DNA from: Gnetum montanum | Taxonomy: Eukaryota > Plantae > Gnetophyta | DNA length: 64,000 bases | Direction of reading: 5' to 3' | Assembly (NCBI GenBank): GCA_015680685.1 | Contig: MNCI01003467.1 | Coordinates: 327,564 to 391,563, forward strand | Shown: piece by piece, positions 39,201 to 52,330 of the stretch | Layout: each line of letters opens with the position of its first letter | Numbering within the stretch: the stretch's first letter is position 1 | Position numbers and translations under genes: made by a program | The notes under the pieces: model-generated | The model's input: only the letters and a program-made list of their open reading frames with translations | What the model was told of the DNA's origin: nothing | Database searches by the model: none

Positions 39201-39400
39201 TTCCTGTAAATAGGATTGTATGTATTGGTGTATTCATCAAAGTTCCCTCTTAATTATTCATATACAACAATTCTGATGTTGGAGCCTTTGGTAAACTCAT
39301 TCAATGCAGTTGTGGCCACTACCAAGACTTGATCATTCTTGATCAAGACTTATTCATTAACCCTATCTCTTGCCATGATGCAGCAAGAGCATGAAAAATC
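36300..39400 (-). pseudogene. Antisense multi-exon accessory gene of H (plant-transposon-protein-like domain plus coiled coil)
   Basis: Coding-like blocks such as SFDVGANVFCTIV..IFISGKTFHDLFGV...HFNWDASL are separated by AT-rich segments of about 80-110 nt with GT..AG-type ends. Confidence 0.6.
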
Positions 39401-39854
39401 ATGTTGTTGGCATAGCATGTTATGCCTCCTATTTTGCATAGTTTTTCAATGAGGCATAGAAAGAAGAGTGTCTCTCTTTCCTTCTCGTTCTCTTTGAAGC
39501 ACTTTTCTATCTCTAGATAGATAAGTTATGGAAGACTAATAGTGAATTTTTTCCTTAGAGTAATGCACACATAGGTGAAGAACATTGTTACCTTACTTGG
39601 TTTCATCATAAGGTCTAAGTGATAGGTTGTGATTTTAAAATAGGCATGCTCTTTCTTCATGAGTACATCATACTCCTTATAGTTTACTCCATAGCAATGT
39701 TGAACTCATTTCTTTTTGGCCTCAGAGTCTACTTGAATGAAGATCTTCACCAACTTTGCCTTGATGTCTGGCAAACTAAGGATCTCTACAATGATTTCAA
39801 CTGAGTAAGAGACAATGATGTCTTGAATTTTTACTAATGCATCTTCTTATCAAT

Positions 39855-40289
39855 TACTCCAAAATAGGTAGGTCTTTTTCGTATACCATTATTCACTAGT
39901 GGAGAGAATGAACCCATAGAAAACCCATGTAGTTGGATGTAGATGTCTTTAAGTGCCAACTCCAAGAATGGTCCAAAGTTCAATTCTTGGAGAATAGAAC
40001 TTTAAATCTTCTTGGACCATATCCTCTCTACGTAGACCTCTGTGACCATAACTTTGAGGTTAGACCTTAGCCTAGGGGCTTCATCCTACCTATACTAGCC
40101 TATTTTTGCTGTGGAAATATGTTGGGACAAATTCCACTTCAAGCTCCTTCTAAAGAGGTATTGTCACATGGGTTGCTTTGGCCACTTGCTCTTGGGGCTA
40201 TTGTGGTTGTTGTTGGTCTCTTCATTCTTTTGGTCACTTTTTCCTAGGCTAGGAAGGTCCTCCCACTTGTGGTCCTCTCTTTGTACCAT
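39855..40289 (-). pseudogene. N-terminal fragment of a third Athila env-like ORF (element I)
   Basis: ATG at 40289 begins MV..RGPQVGGPS. ELNFGPFLELAL matches ELNFDPFMEFSL in A, and WYTKKTYLF matches WYLGKTYQF in F. Confidence 0.7.
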
Positions 40290-40302
40290 TTTCAATGACA
40301 AA

Positions 40303-41159
40303 TGATGAGAGACAAGGTACCCCTATGCCCAACCATACAAATCACAAGCATTCATAAATGATCTAGTCAAATTTTGTAGACCTTAAGTTCCTAAGTATAC
40401 TAGTTCCAAGACATGAAATCTAATCATGATAATTTTTTTCTTCTTAACTACACTTGTGGAGCTTAATTGTATGGTTAAGTGTAATTGAGGTACATGATTT
40501 TTATTATTTTGTATTTTATTTGTCTATGATTAAGAAAAATTTGAAACTTAATTTATGAACCAATTTAACTAATCAATAACTAACTATCCTAACATAAGTA
40601 TCCAATCCCACTTTCTATGCACATCTTGAACATATATAACACTACAGGGTTACCAAATGTTTAGCATTGCTGGGATTACCAAGAGTCATACGCATGCTTG
40701 AAGCAGTTGTACTTATGTGCTTAATTAATTCTATTTAATCAAACTAGCCTACTTTAGCTTAATTACTTGGCAATATTAAATGGAATTACATAAAACATTA
40801 ATTTCATAAGTAAAATATTTAAACTAGCCAAGGTACTACCAGGTTTGATAAGAAAGCTCGTCTTTATTATCATACAACCTACCATGCTTAGGTACAATAG
40901 TGTTCAAATAAATAATTGTACACTCAATAACTCTTGCTATGGGTGCTTTGGAAAATATTCTAAATTTGGGAAAAAGAAACTGTAAGAGCTCTAATATGCT
41001 ATGAAAAAATATATATGGAAACTATGTGCTCAAGCACTATATTTATAGGTTGACACATACCGTATAATATTGGATATCTAACATCACATCTTGGGGCCCA
41101 ATATCAAATACCTAACATCGTGGCTCTAATATTGGAGCCCTAAAAAATATGATTCATCA
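40303..41159 (-). repeat. 3' LTR of D
   Basis: TGATG...CATCA, collinear with 49432-50235. Confidence 0.93.
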
Positions 41160-43149
41160 TACCCCAATGACTAAATGAAAACTTGTCCTCAAGTGAACAA
41201 GAAGAGGGACAAGTTCCTTACAAAATATTAGGAAAGTATGAGATTATTGACTAACATGTAACTAACTTAGACTAAACAGATAGACTCTAAGTGTTCAAGT
41301 TTATGGATTTATAATTACTATTATTTTTGTAAAATTTGGTGTTCATGACAATAGAATTGAACACCTTGGATAAAATAAACATCCAACTCCTCCAGCAAGG
41401 TCCTCATTGCATGGTGTTTCTACTTATCCTTTGGTGAAGATTATCCCACTTCTAGTCTATGCTTCCCACTGCAATCACAACAGAATCACAAATTAGTGTA
41501 AAATGTGTAACATATAGCTTTTAATTACCTTGTCTTATTAGTGATTACACTTGGCAAGGTTGTGATTATGGTGGATTGATTCTATTGATAGTGTTAGCAA
41601 GAAGACTGAAAAATATGGTGAAATAGATAAGCAGTCCATTAAATTCTAAAAAGATCAAATGCAATGAAGTATTTGAAGAGGGTTTAAGAATTCACAATAA
41701 TAAAAAGAGGATTTCACTAAAAAATGTTGTCAAGATGCACATAATTGGATGACATTGATTAAGCAAGCAAAAGGATTTGATTATGAGGATGTCTAAGAAT
41801 AAAGAACTTAACTAACCCAACCAAAAGGTATGCAAGTAGATCCTCCCCAAAGTAGGCACATGTCCTTTATTGCCCTTGCATAACTTCAAACTAAGAAATC
41901 CATGGACCCCATGGATGATTAATGATTATGAAAAGTTAAGTACAAAAATCCAAAAAAAACTACCTAAGAATTTTGACACATCAAACCAAGACATCAAACA
42001 AGAACATGAAACTAATAGTGAGGTGAGACATGAAAAGCACAAATGAATAAGAGTGTGTGGAATAGAGTTCCTAATTAAGGTCACATGAAGTCCCTTGTGA
42101 ATTTTGTGGTTAAATGACTTGATAAAATCCATCTTTAGTCCATACCAAAACCAACCACATTTAGTGGCATCACATCATCACTCTAAGAGTAGTCCAGCCC
42201 CCTAAGGCATAAGAGTGCTCACACAGAACAATCATTATTCCTTATTGAAGAAGAAAAGAGAAGTAGAAAGTGAGAAAGGGCCTTAATTAGAGGGGACCTT
42301 CAAGCATGGGTAACATGTCTTTCTCATCCTATAACTAGTGCTTGTAGCCCATTTATTTTGTCTAAGGTGTATGCTTTGAATTTTGGTCATTTGTTTTTTT
42401 TTTTTTGAATGGGAACCACACCATGCAAAGACTTATTCAACCTCCTATTATTGGTCAACATAGAATGGTAAGAAATCCATGAAAAAACATATGCACCCAA
42501 GTAAGAAAAAAAGCACAAATATCACTAAATTCCCTTAAAGTCACACCCTATTCAAACCTTTGAATCCTTTCCAAATTAGGAAACTACCAAGGTAACAAGT
42601 TCATTAAAGTTTTACTAATGAAAAAGAGATCTCACATTTCTAGAATAAGGAAAATCATAGATTTTGTGGATGGGTGGATAATGTGGACTTACTACCTATT
42701 TCATCAAAAAGAAACCATGTACTAGTTATTAGTAACAAAATTCAAAACTAGGATCTAGACACCAATAATTAAATAACTAGATAGCACATGCTCACATCAA
42801 CAAACCACACTATACCCAGTTGGAAAAAAGACATGTTATTATGAAAACACAATAAGAAAATCACATCCAAATAAAGGAAAATATACAAGAAATTTTAAAA
42901 TATTTAAGAAAAATAAAATGTACTAATGACGTTATAGAATAAAAATTGAAAAAAAATTAATAATGTACAAACAAAAAGCTATAAGATAAAGAATGTGTAA
43001 AACAAAAAGTTGTAAGAATAACAAGGTGTAAAAAAAACATATAAAAAAGACAAAAAACTAAGGAGATACTTATATAGTTAGCATAGATGGCCATCTCCCC
43101 CATGACTAAGTTGAAAGGAGGAGATCCAAAGATTGAGTAGGGTTATCAA

Positions 43150-46100
43150 TTTAATGAGGCATTTGTTGCATTAGCTAGCTTAGGCTTGTAAAAAGGTTTG
43201 ACTTGTTGTATGTTGATTAGTTGTTTCTTATTTGGGCTCTCAGGTTTGTAGATCATCATGTCCCTAGAAGGAAAAGTTTCATAAATGATATAAGGTCCCT
43301 TCCACAATGTTTTGAACTTCATTCGTTAAGGTACGTGTGTGGGGTTCTAGTAGAAGACCTTATCTCTTAGTTGAAATTTGATTTTTGTAATTTTAAGGTC
43401 ATGGAATTATTTGTTGAATGCCTTATGAAACTTATTAGATGATAAGTCCACCAATTAGTTTCTATCTAGTAAGTTAAGATTCATGAATCTTTCTTTTTGT
43501 GCTAGACTTAAGTCAAGGTCAAGGTTACAAGCTATTGAAAGTGTACAAAGCTCGAATTGAATAGGAAGTGTTGGTAATTTTCCATACACAAGCTCATATG
43601 GATAATAGCCTATAGGGATTTTTCATGCTAAGCAGTAGGCCCAAAGGGCATTGTTGATTTTTCTGCTCAAATATCTCCTATATTTGCTACCATGTTCTCG
43701 TTAGGATTTTTGTGATTTCCCTATTTGTAACCTCAACTTGACCATTAGCTTGGGGGTGGTAGGTTGTTGTTAGTTTATGTTCAACCCCTACGAGTTGCAT
43801 AATTTTTTGAAAGGTAGTGCCTGTAAAGTGGGTTCCATTATCAAAAATTAATGCACACAACACACCAAACCTATTTACAACATTCTATTGTATAAACTAA
43901 GCAACAGTAGAAGATGTACAGTCGATGATGACTATTGCTTCTACCCATTTCATATAATAGACAACAACAACTATGATGTATGTCTTTCCATTTAACATGG
44001 GCATGATAGAAGCAATGAAATTAATATCCCATATGTTGAAGGATTCCGGTGGTTGGATCCACTATTGAGGTCCCCTCATTCGAGAAGTCATTCCACCATC
44101 TTGTTGGTAGCATTCACAATAGTGGATAAATTGGTGAGCATTCCTGAATATTTTTGGCTAATAATACCATGCCATTAGGACTTTATTGGCCATCTATCTC
44201 ATAGCATAGTGGATTGCACAATGACCCTCATGATTATCTTGGAGAACGTGCAATTGATCAACATCAGGGACATACCACTGAACTAGGCCATCTACACACA
44301 CCTTGTAGAGGTATTCATTAATCTCCATGAAGCATTTTACTTGGTGAAGAAACTATTGTTTCTTCATTGGTCCAACCCTTCTGACATCCCTTAAGTGAGA
44401 AGGTAGGTAAGAATGCCATTCTACCATTTAGGTTCAATGAGCAATTGTTCAATTCTTACCCTGACAACAAGGAATTCGTCAAGAAATAGATTAGATAGTG
44501 GGATTTCCTTCTCTTTATTCTCTCATCACAACCAATACAATTGGTCAATAACCACATTCTCAATTCCCTTTCAATCTACCATTGTAACATCAAGTTCCTG
44601 TAAGATCATCAACCACCATATGACATAGGGCCTCACTGTTGACTTGTTCATTAAGAAGAAAATGGCACTATGGTTTGTGTGCATAAACACTTTGTATCCA
44701 AGCACATAATGCCTAAACATTTCTAGCATAAACACCACTAAAATTAATTTTTTTAGTGGTAGTGTAGTTCAATTGTGCGTCCACAATGCTTCAGCTTGCA
44801 CAATGGATGTAATATGGATGTTTCTTATCATCTAGCTACATAAGCAAAGTTCCCAAGGTGTAGTTTGATGCATCTATCATAACATGAAATGGTCTAGACT
44901 AGTTAGATGCCTATAGAATTAGAGTTTCTAAAAGTTTCTCTTTTAATTGTTGGATTTTTTTTTCACATTCCTTGGTCTAGACAAATGGAGCATCTCCCTT
45001 TATTAGCTCAACCAAAAATTTTATAATCTTAGAGAAATTCACTATGAATCTTCAGTAGTACCTAGTGTGTCTAAGGAATGATTAGAAATCTTTTATAGTT
45101 TCCAATTGGTAGCTAATTCCTTGGATGATCCTTATCTTTTTAGGATCAATCTCAATTCCTACTTGTGAGATTCAGTGCCCCAACACAATGCCTTCTTGGA
45201 TCATGAGATGGCTCTTTTGCCAATTAAGCCACAAATTTATTTCCACACATCTTTTTAGTACTTGCTCAAGGTGGTCCAAAGCTTGCTTGAATCTAGCACC
45301 ATAAGTGGAAAAGTCATCCATAAAGATTTCTACTCCACTACTGATTTGCTACTGAAAGATGCTTAACACCAAGTGTTGGAATATAGCAAGGGCACTACAT
45401 AGACCAAAAGGCATCTTATGATATGAAAAGGTCCCTTAGGGACTCATGAATGTTATTTTGGCTTAGTCCTTTGGAATGATCTAGATTTGGTTATAGCCAC
45501 TATAACCATCTAGAATACTATAATCGCAATGCCTAGATATGATGTCTAACACTTGATCAAAAAATGACAACAAAAAATGGTCCTTGAATGTTGCCATATT
45601 CAACAGCCAAAAATAAATGCAAACCTGCCACTTAACACCTTTCTTTAGCATAATCATGAATGGAATAACCCACTTACTATCTATAATGGGATAGACAAAC
45701 ACTACCTTGAGGAGTTGTTCTATTTCCTCCTTGACAATCTACCTCAATTTGGGGTTCAATCACCTCTGTGGCTATCATTTTAACTTCATGGCTAGGTTAG
45801 TGTAGATGCGATGCTAACATATCCTAGGATCAATCCTTGTGAGTTTAGGATATGACCAAATGAAGGATATTGACCATTTTTCAACCACATTCAATAGCAT
45901 CTATTTCTATTCAAGAGCAAGATTTGCATTAATTATTACTTGCTTTCCATTTTTTAAGAACACATATTCCATGCTAGCCGGGAGAGTTTTTAACTCAAGG
46001 GGCTCTTGCTTAAAATTTTTAGGAACTTTCAACTCTTCCCAATAGGTATAATCATTTGCATTATTAGAGAGTTGATGATAAAATTTGTTAAGTTCATCCA

Positions 46101-49100
46101 TGCTTGTGACATATGCACATGTTAAGCTCTCAGTAGGTTCCATGCAAAGTGTGCTACTTTCAAGATTAGCAGTCAGCTACTAGGTGTTCTTTTGTTTTGT
46201 GGCTACTATGTACATATACCTTTGAATATCTACTTTAGGTGCACACTACCTACATGCAAAAGTGGATGCTTGTTTAATGGACTAGAGTTTCTACACATAA
46301 TTGAACCCTGTATCATTATACGTGATCCATGGAACTTGCTTTTTCTCAATCTTTTTGAATGCATTTTTCTTAGATATTTTTAGAAAATGATCTCTATGCC
46401 CATTCTTTCCCTTCCGATGATTACTGAAAAATCCCCTTTATAGTTCTCAACCTTGATTACTAAAAAATTAGTAAGGTAAACCCACCCATAGATAGTGATC
46501 ACAATATCTTCCACTAGTCCCAATGGAATAGTAATGGACTAGTCTGCAAAATCTAATTGGATATTGCTCTCCTTAAGGGGTAGCAAGTTCTAGGTATTAT
46601 ATATCTCATGATAAATCAAATTTATACTAGAACCTAAATCAAGAAGAGATTTACATGGTTTATAAGAGGACTCTCTGGATCAACTAATTTCCTAGGGAGG
46701 TTTCCAGCACAGATCCAATCAAATATAGCATGAGTAAGCATAATAGTATGAATCCTAGGTGCTATTTGGTTTAAAGGGGACTCGAAGGAATTTGATACAA
46801 AGAGAGATGGAGAAGCAAGGTTTCCAACCACATGTGTATGTGAGGACTTAGGTGGACTGTTGGATTAGAAGAAAGGTCTCTTCTATGATGTATTATATGA
46901 ACCACTTTGTTGATGAACTGGTTCTAGATTAACAACCTTGGTAGAATTGCATTGTTATAGCCAAGCTAGAAGTTCATCCTACATAGATGGAGTAAGCAAT
47001 GGTTGTGTTGAGGGTAGAGGAATAGGTGCAGGAATATGAGAAGGATAAGGATAAAAAGTGGTATCTTTCCTTGGATGTGGAGAATGAGTTCGATAATATT
47101 CAAGAGGGTAGTAGTGATGTTGGAAAGTAGAAACATGACTAGAAGAGTCATGTGGAGATAGGGGTTGCTAAACGTAATTCTCATATATTTCTACTTTGGT
47201 AGTGGTAGAAACATGACTAGTAGTAGTGATGTTGGAAAGTAGAAATGTGACTGTTCACATGAAGACAAGGGTTGCTAAACATAATACCTGTATGGATTAG
47301 GTTTCTATAAGGGTATTGCTACCTTGGTGGTGGTAGCACCCATTACTGTGGTTGCTACCACTATTGATACTACTCATATGGTTGCAATGGAGTTCCACTT
47401 GGATAATACTATTGTTGCCAATGGAACTACCTAGGATTGCCTTAAGAATAAGTCAATCTTCTGGGTGTTTTCATTGTTACTAGTTGTGGATTTAGAGCAT
47501 ACACCCTAGACTCTTGTAAGTGTGAAATGATGGGGCAACATCCTTTAGAATGTTCATATTGGAAAATTTCACATGCACCATCATCATCTTATTTAGTTTC
47601 TGCAACTTCCTCAATTACAACATGTTCAGCTTCCTTTGACCTCCTATGATCACGATCACTACTGTGTTCTTTGGACTCTTCAGCAATTTTCAAGATAGCT
47701 TGATATCTGCTATCCATGGACTCCCATAATTGGTCTACCTTAGCCAAAATTTTATAGGTGCATTTTTAAATTGGCAAGGATTTACAGTTCACCACCTCAT
47801 CAAGTGATGATTCCTCCTCACTATCACAAAATCAAATCTAACTCTTGCAGATGGAAGAATCGCAATTATATTCTTCTGCACTTTTGCATTTTCTCAACTC
47901 TCTTTCTTCTTTTTCTACCTGCTCAATTAACCATTGAATCTAATGGACTCTTAATTCTGACAATCATCCTTGGGCTTAGATGCTAAGAGTATAGAGAAGT
48001 TGTTCTAGTTAAGAATAATCAAGGCCAAAGATTTATGTATCCTTTATTTCCATCCTTAGATTCACCTCCTCAAATTGAACACTCAGGAGTATGTCTAATA
48101 TTTTTCATTAAATAGTTTGAGCATTTTACTCCACCATCTTATGGATTCCAATTCTAAGAACTGGTACTAGCTTTCTACTTCTTTAACGAGTATCCTACAA
48201 AAAAAATTAATCTTTTGCCAATCATTTTTTATATTTTGCAAGGCATAGGCATATTGGAAAGCTTAAAGATGGTTCTACAGATCTAAGTTATATCCCCCTT
48301 TAAACCTAGGGATATTATTCATGTTTAGCCTCTTGATCCGACTATGCTTAATGTACCTTGTAGGAATTCTCACTGCCTCTACAGTGTTTAGCATGCTTTG
48401 GGTAGTCAATAAAGGCTCACCAACGCCATGATTATGGTGCCTATGATGCCCTCTACTACCCCTTCATTCATGGTAGTAGATCTCTCTTGAATGCTTGCAC
48501 CCTAGGTCCTGACTTGCCTAATGATCCCTATGAATATCTTGGTCCCATCCATTACCTCCATCATGATTGCATCCCCTATAGTTACATTTAGAGCTAGAAC
48601 AGGAAGATGATGATGAAGGTGAAGAGAAAGGAGGACTACCATCATCATGGTGCCTACCACCCTCTCTTTGGTAGTCATGAGGATGATCATGATCACGTTT
48701 CTTTCCTACATCCCTACCATGACTCTCCTCCTTGGATCCCCCTTTGTCGTTGGATCAATTCTTTCCAGAACCCAGATTATGGATCATGGACTATAGGTTC
48801 TAGTTTTAACCTCCTTCACCAAAGTCAAAGAGAGAAGTTTCACCAAATGAAAAACCCTCAGAAGAGGGTTCTCCATGATCTTTGTGGTGTGTCAAGTATG
48901 GAAAATCATTAAACCACTTTCCCTTCATAGATTCATAGTGTTGCTCCAGTTTTCAATCCCTTAGACATTGTGCCTCAATGGGATGATAATCCCTAGCATC
49001 ACTATTCTACACAACATACTTAACATGAAGTCCCTAGAGGCCAATCGCAAAAGAGTGTATTAGAGCATCATAGGAATGGTTCAATTGGGTGGCAACACAA

Positions 49101-49269
49101 TGTTACCCTCCATGTCTTGCCACCATAGCAATTCATCTTTGTGAAGGACAAAGGTGAAATTGGATACATACTCATCAGGATGAGCATATACCACTCTTTA
49201 TTGCTGGGGCATCTACTAATTTACTCTATCAAACTTGGATGGAGAATAACTCCTATGAGAACAAGACAT
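43150..49269 (-). pseudogene. pol: gag-PR-RT-RH-INT polyprotein remnant of D
   Basis: SLLDLGSSINLI; YPIIDSKWV...KDHFLL...LDGYSGYNQI; MPFGLCSALAIFQ; IFMDDF; MIDASNY; FNIWDINF; YHPQANGQVEVTNR; WKGPY. Confidence 0.92.
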
Positions 49270-49431
49270 CTTGTGTTAGAAAATAAAAAATTCAATGTGC
49301 TTCTTAAATTTTTTTTAGTAATTTTAATGTATGATATGACTCTAGGGTTCATTCCAACAATCTTAAATAATTATTCACTAAGTCCTAGATATCGCACATG
49401 ACAACTAAAAGGTCCCTGACAATGATGCCAA

Positions 49432-50235
49432 TGATGAGTGGCAAGGTACCCCTATGTCCAACCATATGAATCACAAGTGTTCATAATTGATCTAGTTAAA
49501 TTTCATAGACCTTAAGTTCTAGGATGTGAAATCTAATTGTGACAATCAATGTCTTCTCAACTACACTTGTGGAGCTTAATTATATGGTTAAGTGTAATTG
49601 AAGTACATGATTTTTATTATTTTGTATTTTACTTGTCTACGATTAAGAACAACTTGAAACTTAATTTATGAACAAATTTAACTACACTAATTGCTAATCA
49701 ATAACTAACTATACTAACATAAGCATTCAGTCCCACTTTCTCTGCATATCCTAAACACGTATAACATTGCTGGGTTACTAAACGTTAAGCATTGTTGGGA
49801 TTACCAGAGTCATACGCATGCTCGTAGTGGTCATACTTATGTGCTTAATTAATTCTATTTAATCAAAATAGCTTACTTTAGCTTAATTACTTAGCAGTAT
49901 TAAATGAAATTACATAAAACATTAATTACATGAATAAAATATTTAATCTTGCCAAGGTGCTACAAGGTTTAATTAGAAAGCTTATCTTTATTGCTGCACA
50001 CACTTTCATGCTCGGGTACAACAATGCTTCAATAAAGATCCATACACTCAATGGCTCATGCTGGGAACACTTTCAAAAACATTCTAACTCTAGGGAAAAG
50101 AAATTACAAGAGCTCTTCTATGCTATGACAAAAACTATATGGAAACCATGTGCCCAAGTGCTATATTTATTGGCTAGCACATATCCTACAATATCGAATA
50201 TCTAAAATCAAAGCCCTACAAAATATGATTCATCA
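49432..50235 (-). repeat. 5' LTR of D
   Basis: TGATG...CATCA adjacent to the PBS. Confidence 0.93.
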
Positions 50236-51350
50236 ATAAATGTAACCTAGGATTATCTTTGTACTTTATAATCCTTAGTTCATTTGATACTTTTCTTATT
50301 AGACCAAGTTATGGTTAGGCTTGTTTGTGAGCTTAGCAGGCAATATTATTTTAATTATTGGCTACCAAAGTTTGCTTGTTAAGTTTGACCCACATAGGAT
50401 AAGTAATTTAATATTATTTTAATGGGTAAATCTTGGGGAGTTTGAAAAATTTCAAAACATTTTCTAGAAAAAACCAAAGGATTATGACCCCCATATTGAA
50501 AATCTTACCTTTAATAGTTAGTGGGTCCAAAAATGAATAGAATTAGGTTAGCAGTATAAAAGTTATATCACTTGGAAGGTCCTTGGATTCTGAAAAATTT
50601 AAAAACTACTCTTGCATTTATGGGAAAATGATGAAAAAATAGCTAAGTGTTGTAGCTATATATAGAATTTTTCTATTGCATCAATAGGGCTACATTGACA
50701 AATCTTTCTACGTTGATGAGGATGTATTGATGCAACTATTTAAGCCAATTTTTCTAATAATGAAAATGAGAAATTTTGAAAGAGTTTGGAAATGAAACAA
50801 GAGCACAAAGGATGCTAGAAAAGCATAGAATGATGGCAAAAATATGGAAGAGGGTTTCAAGTTGATTAGGAGAGAAGTTGAATTGGATTTGGATGAGTAA
50901 TTAATGACAAAAGAAAGCAAAACTAGACATTCAAAAGGTAAAGTGAAAAGACTAATCATGAAAATGACCAAGGGAGAGAAAATATAACTTAGAAAGACCA
51001 AGGAGTGTAAAAGTGGATCCTTCCCAATATAGGCTCATGCCACTAATGCCCTTTAATTCTCTCATCCCAAGGAGTCCATAAGCACCCAGGATAGTTAATT
51101 TTCTTTGGAAGGTAAAAATCACATCCATGTGAGAGATCATTGGAGGATTATGTTACATGTCATACACATCAATTTACCATGATAAGAGGAAGTGAGGTGA
51201 ATTATGGTGAGGTTAGAATGATAAAAGGAAAAGTGCATGTTAAGAGATTCTCTCATTTGAGTCACATGAAGTTCTTGTGGAACTAGTGATTAAGATGATC
51301 TGATACCATCCCATCCTTAGTTAAGACCAAGCCCATTCAAATGAGTGTCA
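50236..51350 (-). mobile_element. Athila-like internal non-coding fragment (upstream-of-env region of element I)
   Basis: AAGTGGATCCTTCCCAATATAGGC at ~51010 matches 4330, 41835 and 63728. The stretch 51240-51350 is homologous to 42060-42180. Confidence 0.7.
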
Positions 51351-52330
51351 AGAAAATGGAACAAGTAAAGTAATAGGCATCCAAGAAAAATTATAGGTGC
51401 ATAGAGGCAAGAAAACATAGCAAAATGTAAAACATTATCAAAATAGTAATAATAGCCACATGCAGTCCAAACCTAACTTATTAGATTAGATCCTATTGCC
51501 CAAGTGAAAAATTAACAATAACACATGCATAAAAATAACTACTACAATCAACTTATGCATGATCAAATGAAACATGAAGCTAACTACATGAACCAAATAT
51601 ATATTAGATATGAAACTAAAAGTACATTTTCATCCAAAAAGGCATTAAGCTCTAATAGTACATAATTGTTAAACTGATAAATCCATACTCAACCATCCAA
51701 CATAACCAAACTATGAATCAAAGTTGACCTTCATCTAAGATAGGCAAAAATATAGTACTAAATATTAAAGCATAGAATAAATATTAAATTGAAATTATAA
51801 AATTAACTCAAATATCTCAAATATGAAAATTAATCATCAGTTATCTCCTCTAAATCCCCCTCATCACAACATAGTTACCTAAAAATCATAGAAAATTAAA
51901 GAAATCAATCCTAAGATTGTGTAAGATAAACCAACTAACAAAATACTCTCCTATGGGTTTGGTTTGAGGCATTAGGTAGCTGGTGGTTATGCACATGGGA
52001 TAGCTATAAACAAATGTTAGCTAAATTGAAACAAACACTAAACTAAATAAATAATAATGATAATCAACCAATCCAACAATTAATTATGAACTAAAAATTC
52101 CACCAACACCTGTAATCCAACCAAAAAATAGATTAATTTTCCAATGATAGTGAGTCTAAAAATACATATTTTCATATGAATAATAATTCTAAATCCACAT
52201 ATAAATGATTAGTGAGTCTAAAACTTACATATAATTATTAAGGAGTCTAAAACACATATGATGATCAATAAGTCTGAAACCCACATATAATAATAATTGA
52301 TGAGCTTGAAGCCCACATATAATCAAATGT
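51350..52330 (-). mobile_element. Possible chromovirus-like LTR/leader fragment
   Basis: A degenerate reverse PBS (AGCTCTAATAGTA, 51648-51660) is followed by AT-rich DNA with a tandem array. Support is weak. Confidence 0.3.
52145..52321. repeat. ~30-bp degenerate tandem repeat, about 6 copies
   Basis: Recurrent TGAGTCTAAAA..CACATAT units. Confidence 0.75.

Larger units (their letters stand above)
29534..39850 (+). mobile_element. Element H: non-autonomous Tat-lineage element (long 5' LTR/leader, gag, antisense spliced gene, truncated 3' LTR)
   Basis: TGATGTCTTGAATTTTT occurs at 29534 and again at 39816 after a purine-rich tract. TATAAAAG lies at ~30922, and a Tat-type gag follows. The end of the 5' LTR was not resolved. 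Confidence 0.6.
40303..50235 (-). mobile_element. Element D: Athila-like element with both LTRs and gag-pol but no env-like ORF
   Basis: LTRs at 40303-41159 and 49432-50235, TSD ACAAA/ATAAA, PBS TTGGCATCATTGTCAGGGA at 49413-49431, PPT at 41160-41166. Confidence 0.93.

Noticed and set aside
51299-51308. TCTGATACCA as a minus-strand tRNA-Met PBS
   Set aside because: It lies inside a block homologous to the Athila spacer at 42060-42180, with no adjacent LTR end.
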